Source: Deferrisomatales bacterium (GTDB lineage: Bacteria; Desulfobacterota; Deferrisomatia; Deferrisomatales; JACRMM01). Taken from it: a stretch of 20,859 nucleotides of DNA. Position 1 is the first letter of the stretch; the number at the start of each line of letters is the position of its first letter. The translations under genes and the position numbers were made by a program. The stretch spans positions 1-20,859 of the forward strand of contig JAWSUI010000060.1 in the NCBI GenBank assembly GCA_033551855.1, read 5' to 3'. The notes beneath the pieces are model-generated. The model ran no database searches. It worked only from the letters and a program-made list of their open reading frames with translations, and had not been told where the DNA came from. Positions 1-7,987 of the stretch are shown here, in pieces.

Positions 1-1369
1 CCTCGAGGACGTCCTCCAGGGCATCGACCCCCCAGCCGGGCGGCAACACCCCCCCCGCCGCCCGCTCCAGGCTCTCGGCCAGCCACCGACCTCCCCGGCT
101 GCGGCCGCGGGGAAACGGGGCAAGGACGTCGGCCTCCGGCTCGAGGCCCTCGAACCGGGACGCAGCCCTGGCGTAGGCCTCGAACCCCCCGGGTCCTTCC
201 AGCACGCTCCCCAGGTCGAACAGGCACACACCGTCGTATCCCAGGCGCCGGGCAGCGGCCGCCTCCACGGCCACCGCGTCGGGCCCCTTGCGGTAGGCAC
301 CGAGCCCGGCCCAGAGGAGCACCGGCCGAGCCGGGGGCGCCGCCCTGCGGGCAGAGCGGGCGGCCCGAGCCACGGCGCGAAGCTGCGCCTCCACCCGATC
401 GGCTTCCCCGAAATAGGCCATGGGGTACAGCGCATCCACGAGCCCCTGCTCCACCCAGCCCCGCCAGTCCTGCCCCTTCTCCACGTAGGCGGCGTCCGCG
501 TCCGGAAAGATCGCGGCCGAGAGCTCCCGGCCGGGGCCCGCCCGGTCCAACCCCTCGCGGGCTGCCCGGACCAGGGCGGTCACCCGGGACGCCCGAAGAT
601 CCGCCCAGAGCAGGGCCGCCGTCGCCAGGAAGCGGTCCGCCGGGGGCATCGCCCCCGAGAGCCAGGCCCCCAGGTCCGGGGACCGGAGCTCCTCCGGGAT
701 CCACCGGGGGTCCAGCCCCCACACCTGCCGGAACCGCTCCCCCAGCGCGCCCCCATGGCCGTACCCCGGTCCGGGGTACCGGACGAAGTCCAGGTGCACG
801 CCGGCCACCGGGTAGCGGGTGGCGACCTCCCGGACCAGTTCGGCGAAATGGCTCCGGTACTCCGCCGAGTCGGGGTCGGCGTAGGTCCCCTCGATCCAGC
901 CGAGGGACCTCTCCAGGGGCGTGTAGTCCGAGACCCGCCTCCCGTCGGCGTCCCGAAGCACCCACTGGGCCTGCAGGGCCGCGTGGCGGGGGTCGACGGG
1001 GGGGGTGTCTCCGCTCCACAGCAGGAAGACGTTCATCCAGGCCAGGACCCGCATCCCTCCCGCAGAGTCCAGGACCCGGCCCAGGGGATCGAAGGCGGGG
1101 TCCGCGCCGGGCACCGTGAGGGCCTCCGCCCGGGGGACGAGGTCGCTCCGGTAGAAGGCGTCCCCCCGGCCCCGCACCTGCACCACCAGGGTGTCGAGCC
1201 GGGCCTCCCGCGCCGCCTCCACGACACGGGCCGCGGCTTCCGGCGCGGTCACGGCGGTGCGCACCACCCAGGCCGCCGTGGGGAGCCCTTCCTCGCGCGC
1301 GCAGGCCCCGGCCGCCGGCCAGACCAGGCAGAGCAGACCGAGGGCGAGTCCGAGTCGAACGGCCCTCAT
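1..1369 (-). CDS. Exported glycoside hydrolase, GHL10/DUF187 (YddW/DigH-like) family; 3' end truncated by the window edge
   Basis: Not in the ORF track (no stop in window). Manual translation from ATG 1369, which overlaps the mpl stop (ATGA): MRAVRLGLALGLLCLVWPAAGACAREE (signal peptide), then LDTLVVQVRGRGDAFY, FDPL, VLAWMN, GVHLDFVRYP, LSAAIFP, GQDWRGW, VDALYPMAY, GVCLF. These motifs are typical of GHL10. Confidence 0.85.
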   Translation of the reverse strand, partial: MRAVRLGLALGLLCLVWPAAGACAREEGLPTAAWVVRTAVTAPEAAARVVEAAREARLDTLVVQVRGRGDAFYRSDLVPRAEALTVPGADPAFDPLGRVLDSAGGMRVLAWMNVFLLWSGDTPPVDPRHAALQAQWVLRDADGRRVSDYTPLERSLGWIEGTYADPDSAEYRSHFAELVREVATRYPVAGVHLDFVRYPGPGYGHGGALGERFRQVWGLDPRWIPEELRSPDLGAWLSGAMPPADRFLATAALLWADLRASRVTALVRAAREGLDRAGPGRELSAAIFPDADAAYVEKGQDWRGWVEQGLVDALYPMAYFGEADRVEAQLRAVARAARSARRAAPPARPVLLWAGLGAYRKGPDAVAVEAAAARRLGYDGVCLFDLGSVLEGPGGFEAYARAASRFEGLEPEADVLAPFPRGRSRGGRWLAESLERAAGGVLPPGWGVDALEDVLE

Positions 1370-2790
1370 CGGCTGCCCAGGGCCTCCAGGAGCCGGTCGT
1401 GGATCCCCTCAAAACTCCCGTTGGAGAGCACCGCGACCACGTCCCCCGGTTCCAGGCAGCAAACCAGGTGCCCCACGATCTCGCCGGCGCTCGGGAACGC
1501 GCGGGCCGGAACCCCGGAACGGGAAAGCTCTGCAGCCAACCGCTCGACGTCCAGGCGCTCCCCCTCCGGGACCTTGCCCGGGTCCGGCACCTCCCGCAGG
1601 CAGACCCTGTCCGCCGCGCCGAAGGCCCCGGCCAACGCCTCTTGGAAGACCCGACGCCGCATGGTGTTGGAGCGGGGCTCGGCCACGGCCCAGAGGCGCC
1701 GGCCGGGGTATCGCTCCCGGAAGCCCTCCAGGACGCCCCGGATGGCGGTGGGGTGGTGGGCGAAGTCGTCGTACACCCGCACGCCCGCCGCCTCCCCCCG
1801 GAGCTCCCCTCGACGCCTCACCCCCGGAAACATCGCCACCGCGGTCTCCAGCTCGCGGTCCGACAGACCCAGCTCCGCGAGGGCGGCCGTCGCCGCCAGG
1901 AGGTTCCACGTCTGGTGGGAGCCGAGGAGGTCGTGGGCGAGATCCACGGTGCGGCCCCCCGGCCCTCGAACCCGCACCCGTCCGGGGGATGCCTGGCCGC
2001 GCCACTCCACTCGTTCGTCACTCCGGGAGTACCGCACCACCGGGCAGGGAGCCAGGGCCGCCAGGGCCCGGACCTCCGGGTCGTCCCAATTGGCGATCAC
2101 GCGCCCCGAACGGGGCACGGTGCGCAGGAGGTGGCGAAACGAGCGACGGATCCCCTCCAGGTCGTCGAAGATGTCGGCATGGTCGAACTCCACGTTGTTC
2201 AGGACGAGGATCTGGGGCCGGTAATGGAGAAACTTGGAGCGCTTGTCGAAGAACGCCGTGTCGTACTCGTCCCCCTCCAGGACGAAGGGGGTCCCCTCCC
2301 CCAGGTGGAAGCCGCCGGGAAGGCCGGCCGGCACGCCTCCCACGAGCCACGAGGGGGCGCGCCCGCTGGACTCCAGGGCCCAGGCACATAGGGCGGCCGT
2401 CGTGGTCTTGCCGTGAGTCCCGGTGACCACCAGGCTCGTCCTTCCCGGGAGGAACGCCCAGCGCAGGAGCTCCGGCAAAGAGCAGTAGGGAAGGCCCCCA
2501 TCCAGGGCCGCCTCCAGCTCGGGGTTGCCCCGGGAGATCGCGTTGCCGACCACCACAAGGTCCGGCGCCGGGCGCAGGTTCTCCTCCCGGTAGCCGGCGG
2601 CGACGGGCACGCCGGCTTCGTCGAGGAACGTGGACATCGGGGGGTACACCGCGTCGTCGGACCCGCTGACGGCGGCCCCCCGTCGGTGGAGCTCCGCCGC
2701 AACCCCCGCCATGGCCGTGCCGCAGATCCCCAGGAAGTGGAGGCGGAAAGCCCCGCTTTCCCGCGCCATGAGTTCACTCAGATTGAACAT
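1366..2790 (-). CDS. mpl: UDP-N-acetylmuramate:L-alanyl-gamma-D-glutamyl-meso-diaminopimelate ligase (murein peptide ligase)
   Basis: Motifs HFLGICGTAM, GSDDAVYPPMS, VGNAISRGNPE, GTHGKTTT, EGDEYDTAFFDKRSKFLHY, DDFAHHPTAI, EPRSNTMRR, SNGSF are Mpl-type rather than MurC. An alternative start at ATG 2769 is possible. Confidence 0.93.
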   Translation of the reverse strand: MFNLSELMARESGAFRLHFLGICGTAMAGVAAELHRRGAAVSGSDDAVYPPMSTFLDEAGVPVAAGYREENLRPAPDLVVVGNAISRGNPELEAALDGGLPYCSLPELLRWAFLPGRTSLVVTGTHGKTTTAALCAWALESSGRAPSWLVGGVPAGLPGGFHLGEGTPFVLEGDEYDTAFFDKRSKFLHYRPQILVLNNVEFDHADIFDDLEGIRRSFRHLLRTVPRSGRVIANWDDPEVRALAALAPCPVVRYSRSDERVEWRGQASPGRVRVRGPGGRTVDLAHDLLGSHQTWNLLAATAALAELGLSDRELETAVAMFPGVRRRGELRGEAAGVRVYDDFAHHPTAIRGVLEGFRERYPGRRLWAVAEPRSNTMRRRVFQEALAGAFGAADRVCLREVPDPGKVPEGERLDVERLAAELSRSGVPARAFPSAGEIVGHLVCCLEPGDVVAVLSNGSFEGIHDRLLEALGSR

Positions 2791-2811
2791 CGCAGACCGA
2801 CTGTGTACAAT
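2783..2811 (+). promoter_or_regulatory. Putative sigma70 promoter of the 62-aa gene
   Basis: TTGAAC (2783-2788), 17-bp spacer, TACAAT (2806-2811); followed by GGAGGAGG (2829-2836) and ATG 2844. Confidence 0.7.
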
Positions 2812-2843
2812 GGCACCCGCTTCGCTCCGGAGGAGGAAACCCG

Positions 2844-3032
2844 ATGAACCGCGACATGGCCTTTCCGTACATCCTCGCCGACCATTTCCTCCAGTGGTGG
2901 AAGGAGCTGGGACGCCCGGAGCTCACGGCCGCCTTCCAGTACTGGGCGGATCGGCACGACCTGGGCCCTCGCCGGAGGGAGAGCGTGTGGCGACGCGTTG
3001 CGGAGGCGCGCCCGATGGGCGAGGCCGCTTGA
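2844..3032 (+). CDS. Small hypothetical protein (62 aa, Trp-rich)
   Basis: Fills the namZ-mpl gap without overlap. Strong SD 7 nt before the ATG, upstream promoter, protein-like composition (FLQWWKELG..AAFQYWADRHDL). No family recognised. Confidence 0.7.
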   Translation: MNRDMAFPYILADHFLQWWKELGRPELTAAFQYWADRHDLGPRRRESVWRRVAEARPMGEAA

Positions 3033-3061
3033 GCTCCCCGCCAGCCCTTGGGATCGACCGT

Positions 3062-4243
3062 CTAGCGGTACAGTAGGTAAGGCGTACGGCCCTCTTCCCA
3101 CTCCTCGAGCCCCCGCGCCCACCCGGCCTCCAACTCCCTCGGATCCGCTCCTGCCTCCAGCCCCTCGCGCAGCGTTGCATCCCCCAACAGGAGATGGATG
3201 GGCAGGCGCTCGTTCTCGTACTCGTAGGGGGGCTCCCTCCAGCCGAACCCATCTCCCCGGCAGAGAGACCACAGGGCCCCTAGGAGGGCCAGACCCGTCC
3301 GGTACGGAAGGAAGGCCGGGGGATCGGTGACGTGCAGTTGGACGCCGCCGCAAGCACGCCCCACCCATTTCTGGAAGGTCGGCAGGAACCCCATGGGCCG
3401 GAAGCGCACCCCGGGCAAGTCCCAGGGCCCCAGGGCCCCGGCGAGGGCCTCGCCGTCCACCCACGGGCCCCCGACGATCTCGAAGGGACGCGTCGTGCCG
3501 CGGCCCTCCGAGGCGGTGGTGCCCTCCAGCAGGACGGTGCCCGGGTAGACGGCCGCGGTCTCCGGTGTGGGCATGTTGGGCGACGGCAGCACCCAGGGCC
3601 GGCCCGTTTCGGCCCACAGCATGCTCCGCCGCCATCCCTCCAGGGGCACCACCTCCACCTCGCACCGGACCCCGCGCTCCCCCACCACCCATCGGGCCAG
3701 CTCCCCCAGGGTCAGCCCGTGACGCATGGGAACCGGCTCGAGCCCCACGAAGGAGGCCCAGGCGGTCTGCAGGAGGTTGCCCTCCACCGCGGCACCGCCG
3801 AGGGGATTCGGCCGGTCCAGGACGACGACTCGCACGCCGGCCTCGCCGCAGGCCTCCAGGGCTAGGCGCAGGGTCCAGGGGAAGGTGTAAACCCGCGTCC
3901 CTACGTCCTGGAGATCGACCAACAGGACGTCGAGGCCCTCGAGCATCGCGGGCGTGGGCCGGCGGACCTCCCCGTAGAGGGACCAGACCGGGATCCCCAG
4001 CCGCCGGTCCACCCCGTGGGGCGACTCCACCATGTTGTCCTGGACGTCGGCACCGATGCCGTGCTGGGGCCCGAAGAGGGCGACCAACTCGCTCCTCCCC
4101 CCCAGGGCACCGCGCACCACGTCCCGCGCGGACCGGAGCCCGGCGTCGACGCTCGCCGGATTCAGGAGCAACCCCACCCGCGAGCCCCAGGGGACCCACC
4201 GCTCCGGCGCGGACGCGAAGACTTCCAGGCCGACTCTGACCAT
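3062..4243 (-). CDS. namZ: DUF1343 / NamZ-family exo-beta-N-acetylmuramidase (GH171)
   Basis: Motifs LFGPQHG, SLYG, DLQDVGTRVYTF, VLDRPNPLG, MRHGLTLGE, WVLPSPNMPT, EGTTASEGRGTTRPFE. SD GGGAGG precedes the ATG. No signal peptide visible. Confidence 0.88.
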   Translation of the reverse strand: MVRVGLEVFASAPERWVPWGSRVGLLLNPASVDAGLRSARDVVRGALGGRSELVALFGPQHGIGADVQDNMVESPHGVDRRLGIPVWSLYGEVRRPTPAMLEGLDVLLVDLQDVGTRVYTFPWTLRLALEACGEAGVRVVVLDRPNPLGGAAVEGNLLQTAWASFVGLEPVPMRHGLTLGELARWVVGERGVRCEVEVVPLEGWRRSMLWAETGRPWVLPSPNMPTPETAAVYPGTVLLEGTTASEGRGTTRPFEIVGGPWVDGEALAGALGPWDLPGVRFRPMGFLPTFQKWVGRACGGVQLHVTDPPAFLPYRTGLALLGALWSLCRGDGFGWREPPYEYENERLPIHLLLGDATLREGLEAGADPRELEAGWARGLEEWEEGRTPYLLYR

Positions 4244-4360
4244 GCCTCCCTCCCGGGAGGGATTCTACGGGGTCTCGCCCGGGCAGAGCCACCGAAAAGG
4301 GGACCATCGGGGATGCGGCGGGATGCCCACGCCCCTGCCCGTGAACGGCCGGCGGCGGGG

Positions 4361-5248
4361 TCACGCCCTGGGAGCCCGCTCCCAATCGGAGTCCAGGGAG
4401 GCCTTGCGCCACTCGGCGGAGCAGAAGGCACAGCGGGCCCGCAGCCCCCCCTCCTCCTCGAAGGCGGACCGCACCTCCTCCGCGCCCAAGGCCGCCACGG
4501 TGGCGTCTAGGCGCTCCGGGCCGCACCGGCACGTGAAACGCGGGGCTCCCAGGGGCGCGGTGCGATGGGGAATGCCCTGCAGGGCTTCTGCCACGAGCGC
4601 CTCCGGTTCGGGCTTCCGGAGCAGGACGCGGGTGACCGAGTCCAGTCGCCCCATGTTCTCGGCCACGCGGTCGATCACGTCCGGGGAAGCGCCGGGGAGG
4701 GCCTCGACCAGCACGCCGGCGGCGGCCGCCACCCGGTAGTCCGCCCCCACGTGGACCCCGAGCCCCACGGCGGCTGGCACCTGCTCGCTCACCAGGAGGT
4801 AGTAGGCCAGGTCGTCCCCCATTTCCCCGGACCGCAGGGACACCGAGGACACGTACGGCTCGCGCAGCCCCAGGTCCTTGACGACCACGAGCTCCCCGCG
4901 CCTTCCCACCCCTGCCCCCACATCGAGCTTCCCCCCCCGGGGTGGTACGTCCTGGGTCGGATGGGCCACATAGCCCCGGACGGTGAGGTCGGGGCGGCCC
5001 TCGGCCAGGACCATCCCGAGAGGACCTCCTCCACGCCACTGGAGCAACACCGTCTGCCGCCCTTTGAGAAGGCTTCCCAGAAGCGCAGCCGCCGTGAGGG
5101 CCCGTCCGAGGGCCGCAGTTGCTGTGGGGGAGGTGCCGTGGGCCCGGCGCCCCTCTTCGCACAACCCGGTGGTGCGCGCTGCGCGCACCCGGAGCCCCCC
5201 GTCGTCGGAGAGGGCCCCTACCAGAAGATCCCCGGGCGGTGGGGTCAT
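4361..5248 (-). CDS. hslO: Hsp33 redox-regulated chaperone (295 aa)
   Basis: C-terminal part of track ORF 4361..7798; likely start ATG 5248 (MTPPPGDLL), overlapping the kinase stop. Motifs ALGRALT, GGGPLG, VRGYV, KLDVGAGVG, YYLLVSEQVP, plus the zinc-switch cysteines CRC...CAFC. Confidence 0.92.
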   Translation of the reverse strand: MTPPPGDLLVGALSDDGGLRVRAARTTGLCEEGRRAHGTSPTATAALGRALTAAALLGSLLKGRQTVLLQWRGGGPLGMVLAEGRPDLTVRGYVAHPTQDVPPRGGKLDVGAGVGRRGELVVVKDLGLREPYVSSVSLRSGEMGDDLAYYLLVSEQVPAAVGLGVHVGADYRVAAAAGVLVEALPGASPDVIDRVAENMGRLDSVTRVLLRKPEPEALVAEALQGIPHRTAPLGAPRFTCRCGPERLDATVAALGAEEVRSAFEEEGGLRARCAFCSAEWRKASLDSDWERAPRA

Positions 5249-7002
5249 CCGGCCTGGACCAGGGGCAGGGAGATGCCGAAGGTGGTGGTGTCGCGGGCGT
5301 CGTCCGTACGGACCTCCACCCGTCCTCCCATGGAGTGGACGAAACGGTACACGATGTTCAGGCCCCGGCCCGCCCCATCCGCCGAGAGGAGCCGGGAGAT
5401 CTCCTCCTGGGGCATGCGGCCGCTGTTGGTGATCTCCAGGTGGGCCATTCCGTGGCCCGCGAAGGTACGCACCGAGAGGGCCCCCCCCTCGCGCGGGATC
5501 GCCTTGGTGGCGTTGTTCAGGAGGTTGTCCAGCACCCGCTCCAGGGCCAGCCTCCAGGTGCGCACGCACAGGCCCGGGACGAGGCCGGACGCATCGAGCC
5601 GGATCCCCGTGCGGGTCTGCTCGCGGATCGCCTCCTCGTTGATGAGGAAGCGGCCGCGCACCACCTCGGAGAAGTCCATCTCCTCGGGGCGCGCCATGGG
5701 ATACAGGCTCAGCGCCATCTCCTGGAGCCGCGTCCCCTCCCGGATCACCACGTCCAGGTGCTGGAGCATCTCCTCCCGCCGGTCCTCTCCCCGCTCGAGC
5801 ATCCGCCGAACCCGGCGGGAGAACCCGGCAATGGCAATGGCGGGGTTCTTGAAATCGTGGAGGATGTCGTCGAGCCGTTCGATCTCCAGGGCCTGGGTGA
5901 TCTGCTTGCCGAAGAAGGTCAGGATCTCGATCTCCTCGTCCGAGAAGAACCGGCGCCGCTCCACGGCGTCGAAGACCAGCACGTAGTTGACCCGGTCTCC
6001 GATTCGCAGAGGCACGTACAGGATCGAGTTGATGTTGTGGTCGCTGGCGAATCGGCGCAGGTTGTCGGTGACCAGGTAGCTCGCCTGGGGGTTCTTCACC
6101 AGCAGGTACGAGGGGTACATCCTCTCGTTGTCGAAGTCGCCCAGGGGGTGGTCCTGCCAGATGACCGCACGCAGGTAGGGGTGCTCGTCGACCCGGAAGA
6201 CCTTCCCCACCGTGTGGTACCCCCCCTGTTCCGGCCAGCCGCTCTCGAGGGCAGCCGTGGTGCCCTCGTCCCCCACCACGAAGAGCGAGCAGCTCTGGAC
6301 CTTGATGATGTCTTGCAGCTCCTCCACCATCAGGCGGAAGAGATCCTTCATCTTGATGCCCCGGTCCAGGGAGAGCTTCGCGAAGATCTTCTCGACCAGC
6401 CACTCCTTTTTCTGGTTCACCCGCCGGAGCTCCTGGATGCGCTTGCGGGCGATGACGTAGCTGAGGCGCTGGGCCATGATCTCTGCGGTGCCCACCTCCA
6501 GGCTCGAGAAGGTCCGCGGGGCCTCCCCGTAATAGATGTGGATGGCCCCCCGAATGTCGTCTCCCTGCTCCATGAACCGAGGAATGATCAGCGGTACGGT
6601 GAGGAGCGACCGCAGGCCCTGTGCCAGGACCCCCTTGTCCTTGTACTCGGAGCTCACCGCGATGTCCGGGACTTGGTAGCTCTTCTGGGTGGCCACGACC
6701 CGGCCCGCGATGCTCTCGTCGAAGGGGATCGCCGCTTCCCGTTGGCTTTCGTCGTAGTGATACGAACCGAAGGACACCATCTGATTGAGGTGCGGTTCGT
6801 GCAGGCGGATGGAGGCGGCCCGGGCCCCCAGGAACTCCACGAGGATCCGGGAGGCGTCGTAGAGGATCTTGCGCCAGGACTGGGCAGGGTCGATGCGGAT
6901 GATCTCGTTGAACGTCTCGAAGACGCACTCCAGCGCCCAGGGCAGCTCGGGGTGCTGCACACGAGCGAGGATCTCGGGGAGGTTTTTCCCTGGACCGGTC
7001 AT
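5245..7002 (-). CDS. Cytoplasmic sensor histidine kinase with two GAF domains
   Basis: GAF-like segments (SIAGRVVATQKSYQVPDI...LRSLLTVPL; INSILYVPL...FFSDEEIEILTFF). H-box ILHDFKNP, N-box NLLNNATKA, G2-like GAGRGL. No transmembrane segment or receiver domain apparent. Confidence 0.88.
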   Translation of the reverse strand: MTGPGKNLPEILARVQHPELPWALECVFETFNEIIRIDPAQSWRKILYDASRILVEFLGARAASIRLHEPHLNQMVSFGSYHYDESQREAAIPFDESIAGRVVATQKSYQVPDIAVSSEYKDKGVLAQGLRSLLTVPLIIPRFMEQGDDIRGAIHIYYGEAPRTFSSLEVGTAEIMAQRLSYVIARKRIQELRRVNQKKEWLVEKIFAKLSLDRGIKMKDLFRLMVEELQDIIKVQSCSLFVVGDEGTTAALESGWPEQGGYHTVGKVFRVDEHPYLRAVIWQDHPLGDFDNERMYPSYLLVKNPQASYLVTDNLRRFASDHNINSILYVPLRIGDRVNYVLVFDAVERRRFFSDEEIEILTFFGKQITQALEIERLDDILHDFKNPAIAIAGFSRRVRRMLERGEDRREEMLQHLDVVIREGTRLQEMALSLYPMARPEEMDFSEVVRGRFLINEEAIREQTRTGIRLDASGLVPGLCVRTWRLALERVLDNLLNNATKAIPREGGALSVRTFAGHGMAHLEITNSGRMPQEEISRLLSADGAGRGLNIVYRFVHSMGGRVEVRTDDARDTTTFGISLPLVQAG

Positions 7003-7028
7003 GGAAACCCCCTACAGACGGCTCTTCC

Positions 7029-7057
7029 TGTATACGGTAAGGTGCCTGGAGCGTCAA
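7029..7057 (-). promoter_or_regulatory. Putative sigma70 promoter of the kinase-hslO unit
   Basis: Minus strand TTGACG (7057-7052), 17-bp spacer, TATACA (7034-7029), about 27 nt upstream of ATG 7002. Confidence 0.6.
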
Positions 7058-7286
7058 GGAAGGCCCCAAGCCTCGTTCTCCCGGATCCACCGCCAGCGTT
7101 TCGGGCGGGGCCGGGGAGCCGTGGAACGCAGCCCCGTACCGCCTCGAACGATGCGCCCAAGGCCGCAGAAACGGCTGAAACCGGGCGTACCCGCTTCCTC
7201 CCCAACGCCCCGTCCGGATATCGCGGATTGCGGGGCGAAACGCAGGGGCTCCCGAACTCCGCTCGCTGACCAGCCGGTGAATCCAG

Positions 7287-7316
7287 GTTCTTCCCTCGCC
7301 TGTTCTTCCCTCGCCT
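7287..7316. repeat. Perfect 15-bp tandem duplication (GTTCTTCCCTCGCCT x2)
   Basis: Copies at 7287-7301 and 7302-7316, read directly. Confidence 0.9.
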
Positions 7317-7345
7317 TTACACGGGGCGGAGCGCTGCCGTACACT
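7316..7345 (+). promoter_or_regulatory. Putative sigma70 promoter of the HD hydrolase gene
   Basis: TTTACA (7316-7321), 18-bp spacer, TACACT (7340-7345), upstream of ATG 7388. Confidence 0.55.
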
Positions 7346-7387
7346 CGCGAGCCTCTCTCGCCGGCTCTCACTTCCCCGGGAAAACCG

Positions 7388-7963
7388 ATGGACCGCGTGG
7401 CCAACTTCCTCTTCGAGATGGGGATGCTCAAGCGCACCCCCCGCACCGGATGGCAGTTCTTGGGCTCCGGCCAGGAGAGCGTGGCGGAGCACGTCTTCCG
7501 GACCACCATGATCGCCTACGTGCTCGCGGGTCTCACGGGCGACGTCGAAGCGGACAGGGTGGTGCGCATGGCCCTCTTCCACGATCTCTCGGAGGCCCGC
7601 ACCGGTGATCTGAATTACCTCAACCAGAAGTACGTCCGCGTGGACGAGGAACGGGCGACCGCCGACATGACCCACGGCCTGCCCTTCGGTGAGGAGATCC
7701 GGGCCCTGTGCGAGGAGTTCCGGGCCCAGACCAGCCCGGAGGCGGTGTTGGTGAAGGATGCGGACAACCTGGAAATGCTGCTCCAACTCAAGGAGCACGA
7801 GGACGTGGGCAACCGAAACGCCCAGGAGTGGATTCCCTTCACCCTGCGGCGCCTGCGCACCGACGCGGCCCGGGATCTGGCGGTCCGGATCCTGGAAGGC
7901 GATTCCTCCGCCTGGTGGTTCGACAAGGACTCGGAGTGGTGGGTCCGCGGAGGGAAGGTCTGA
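7388..7963 (+). CDS. HD-domain hydrolase, YfbR/HDDC2-like (putative 5'-deoxynucleotidase), 191 aa
   Basis: Likely start MDRVANFLFEMGMLKRTPRTGW inside track ORF 6869..7963. Motifs ESVAEH, ALFHDLSEARTGD, VKDADNLE. Confidence 0.85.
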   Translation: MDRVANFLFEMGMLKRTPRTGWQFLGSGQESVAEHVFRTTMIAYVLAGLTGDVEADRVVRMALFHDLSEARTGDLNYLNQKYVRVDEERATADMTHGLPFGEEIRALCEEFRAQTSPEAVLVKDADNLEMLLQLKEHEDVGNRNAQEWIPFTLRRLRTDAARDLAVRILEGDSSAWWFDKDSEWWVRGGKV

Positions 7964-7987
7964 CCACAGGCCACAGGCCTCTCTGCT

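Noticed and set aside
4262..4267. TAGAAT -10-like hexamer upstream of namZ (minus strand)
   Set aside because: No credible -35 or extended -10 at the proper spacing; insufficient on its own.
7060..7286. Possible riboswitch, sRNA or 68-aa ORF (6999..7205) in the divergent intergenic region
   Set aside because: I could not match c-di-GMP/GEMM, cobalamin, T-box or sigma54 motifs by eye, and the ORF is low-complexity. An Rfam/Infernal scan would be decisive.
4361..7798. 1145-aa ORF suggesting a giant Hsp33 fusion
   Set aside because: Only the last 295 aa are Hsp33. The rest is an off-frame overlap with the kinase gene and antisense to the HD gene.
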